From Takakia lepidozioides (Eukaryota; Plantae; Bryophyta): a stretch of DNA of 64,000 nt. The stretch lies in the NCBI GenBank assembly GCA_030704615.1, contig CM060731.1, positions 70,556,001 through 70,620,000 of the forward strand, read 5' to 3'. Under the pieces are notes generated by a model, which saw nothing but the letters and a program-made list of their open reading frames with translations, had not been told where the DNA came from and did no database searches. The stretch's first letter is position 1. The number at the start of each line of letters is the position of its first letter. Shown piece after piece: positions 60,938 through 64,000 of this stretch. Position numbers and translations under genes: made by a program.

Positions 60938-63660
60938 GGGAAGATACTCATGTCATGTCAAGACATGGACAAGACCCACTAGGGTCATTGTCAATTAAAG
61001 ACATAAACAGCCCATAAACAAAGCACCATCTAACACTTCCATTCTTGTCATGATTTCCCAATTGATTTCACCCAATCATTCATGATAAACCAGGGTGGGA
61101 GGGCGGGGTTTGTTTATGTACAGGTCATGACAATAAGACAAGCATATAAGCAAGCATCTTGTGTACTGAAAAATCAGATTGTTGCAGCATGTTCAAATTC
61201 CTGTAAGTAACCCAAGACATGCACCATGCAAGGCTCCCTAGGTAGGTAAGAACAGCCTGCCCTGCTACAGATTCAAGGTATGTTCATACAAGCACCTTGA
61301 AGGACCAGCCTGCAATTTACCAGATTTCAAACATGCAACCAAGTAATCTTCTTGGGCATGACAAAACATATTGCAGCTTCACTCTTTGCTATTTGTAAGT
61401 ACCCCAAGACATGCATCATGCAAGGCTCCTTGGGTAGGTAAGAACAGCCTGTTCTACTACAGATTCAGGATATGTTCATACAAGTACCTTGAAGGACCAG
61501 CCTGCAATTAATTAGATTTCAAGCATGCAACCAAGTAAACTTCTTGGGCATGACAAAACATATTGCAGCTTCACTCTTTGCCATTGTAAGTATCCCAAGA
61601 CATGCATCATGCAAGGCCTCTTGGGTAGGTAAGAACAGCCTGCCGTACTACAGATTCAAGACATGTATACACAAGCACCTTGATGGACCAGCCTGCAGTT
61701 TATTAGATTCCAAACATGCAACCAAGTGACCTACTTGGGCATGACAAGACAGACTGCAACTTCATTCTACACCATGTATAATTGCCCCAAGACATGCATC
61801 ATGTAAGGCATTTTGGTATGGAAGAAAAGCCTGCCATGTTACAGATTCAAGATATGGACACACAAACACTTTGAGTGCCCGAGACCAAGCCCACTTGGCC
61901 AAAAATAAATCATACATTGCAGGTGCCCGGTCTGATGGCAAAATAAGGCAAATAATCTCTGGCAAAGGTCCAGTAGAGCTTACCAACACTGTTTTCCAGG
62001 AGGTTTATGCCAGGTTTTGCAAATAAAACCTCACTATGCTCCATTCCACACCAAATCTAGGCCTGAAAGAGGTCTGTCATTGCCTTATCAGGCTGCCATC
62101 TTTAAAAACAAGGCCTCCTCTTCCTTAGAACCAAACAACCATTGATGCCTTACCCATAAACCATAACTCTTCTTTAAGGCCAAAACAGTACCTAGCTTAA
62201 TAATCCATAGGCAATGCTGTCAAAGATTCAAGACAAAGTAAGGTCCAGATGCTGGGCTTCAAGAGACAAGTCTGTTAGGCCGAAAGTAAGCATTAGCATG
62301 CCAAACCAGGAGCAAGCGGGCCGAAATTGGGGCTGCAGGCAGCAGCCAAGTAAAGATGCCATACACACTAGGTTCCCGTTGCCCACATCCTTATCTGCAA
62401 GCTCAAGAGAATTCAAAGCAATTAGGGATCCTCACCTGGTCCCATCACAAGCCCCCACAAAAACCAACAGCTTATGAGGATTGTGGAACCCCAGGTGAAT
62501 CACAGACCCCTACACTTGTCATCGATGTCAATTAAGAACCTCAAAAGCAAGAGAGAAAGACATAAAGCAAAAGGAACCCTAATCACCAAAAGCACCTTGA
62601 GCGATTGGGGAAGATAAATGTGCGCCATCGTCACCAGCAAGCCACCTCTAGCACAACTAAGGAGAAGTGAAGCATACAAGCATCCTTGCTATGTTTAAGA
62701 AGGGAAAGAGAGATACTTCCCAACACAAGCGCCGCTGCGAAAAATAAAAGCCAGAGGAGGGAAAGAGACAATGCATTCATAGCATTGTCTCCCGCCTGTG
62801 AGAAGAGACAAAACGCCGCCATTGCGCATCCCCAGGAGCTCGTCCAACATGGGTACAGCAAACATGGTAGCAGCAAAACGCAGACGCCATAACTCTCATC
62901 CCGCGAGCTCATAAGCACGAGGAGTGCTTCTGACGGCAGGAGAGACACCCTAGGGCTCATGCCCGATTTTTCATCCGTGCAAGATGAGTAATCAACACCA
63001 CATTTTTCGAAACCCGACGGATGTCATCCGTTAGCTAGGTTTAAACAGTAGGTTATAGGGTAGGGGTTAGGGTTTCACTCCTTAATTAGCCATAATTAAG
63101 GGTAATTAATCATCAGTCCAGGGCCATCATAGGCTGCATATTTCATCCGGTTTAGATGAAAAAGTCAATAAGTTCATCCGTTGGAGAAGGTTTGTCAGTA
63201 GGATGAAAAAATAGTACATAACATCCAAGGCAACGGTTTCATATCCTAACAGGTTATTCAACATCCCCAAAAAATGCCTCATCCAATATGGAAAAAAACC
63301 ATGAAAGAGGAATAAATGAATTAATATCTTGGTATTTTTCATCCGGTATGGATGGAAAAAATTATATATAGGATGCCAGTGTCAACCCAGGTAATTCATC
63401 CGGTATGGATAAAAAATCGTTATAGGGCGGGTGAAAGCAATGTTTAGAGTCCATCCGGTATAGATGGAAAAATAGGAAAAAAACACTGATAAAACCGGCC
63501 AATTCCAAGGAGGGAGGGAGGGAGAGAGAGGGAGAGAGAGGGAAACCAAAAAAAAAAAAAATGGGGGAGGGGAGTGACTGAGCCCGTGGTGCTCAGTCAC
63601 CCACCCCCCCCCCCCCCCCCCTCCTTCTTCTTTTCTCTTTGTTGCCCCCTCTCGAGACCC
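60938..63660 (-). repeat. Macrosatellite unit, copy 4 (inverted), with ~188-bp tandem subrepeats at ~61200-61870
   Basis: Reverse complement of copies 1 and 2 (e.g. tagggtaggggttagggtttcac at 63056). Confidence 0.9.
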
Positions 63661-64000
63661 CGAGCACTTGCTGCTCTCAGCCCCCAACATGTTTGGTTTT
63701 TTTTGTTTTTGATCTGGAATGTAGAGGTTGTTTCCTAATGAGGCCAACTTGTGGGTTTGCATGACAGGTGCCAACTTATGGGGAAAGAGAAGAAGTCCCC
63801 TGCCCCAAAGAAAGGGGCGGACAATCCGTTTGCTCAGCCGGTACGTGTGGCGCGCCAGGGCGTCTCACGGTTAACCAGCCCCATCGACAGCCGCAGCCGG
63901 AGGGCTCGTCTGCCCCCCGAGGCCAGTAACCCCCCTCTTGTCCACATCTTGGATGTGCTGGGGGCCGGCTCAGCTAGCTCTCCTATTCGGGAGGTATGGG

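Overview
Eukaryotic, transposon-saturated land-plant DNA. Evidence: GT-AG introns, a PLS-type PPR remnant and Ty3/Gypsy elements; a non-seed plant such as a fern, lycophyte or bryophyte is my inference only. I see no intact host gene. The standout is a ~10.7-kb Mutator-like DNA transposon (~8161-18865, right end lost). It has an open WRKY/GCM1-DDE-SWIM transposase on + and, head-to-head on -, a 9-exon ~1080-aa gene that the ORF track splits into unrelated pieces. Spliced, that gene reads as a ParB/Srx-type domain (DGNHRLLA) fused to a prokaryote-type beta-class amino (N6A/N4C) DNA methyltransferase fold. Its two long introns and the transposase 3' flank hold 13 copies of a 26-bp palindrome, TCAACCTTGCG-TTGA-CGCAAGGTTGA. 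The rest of the window, in order: a Gypsy remnant with a PHD-finger integrase; tRNA-derived SINEs; a four-layer nest of retroelements (LINE, Gypsy, chromovirus, RT-less LTR element) cut by one deletion; a putative giant Helitron tail carrying RING and kinase pseudogenes between dense GCGACCGCC..GGCGGTCGC palindrome arrays; and a ~2.9-kb hairpin-rich macrosatellite hit twice by Penelope-like RT elements, one of which hosts a full-length 10.9-kb Gypsy element with an extra 3' ORF. All calls come from reading motifs by eye; no database searches were run.
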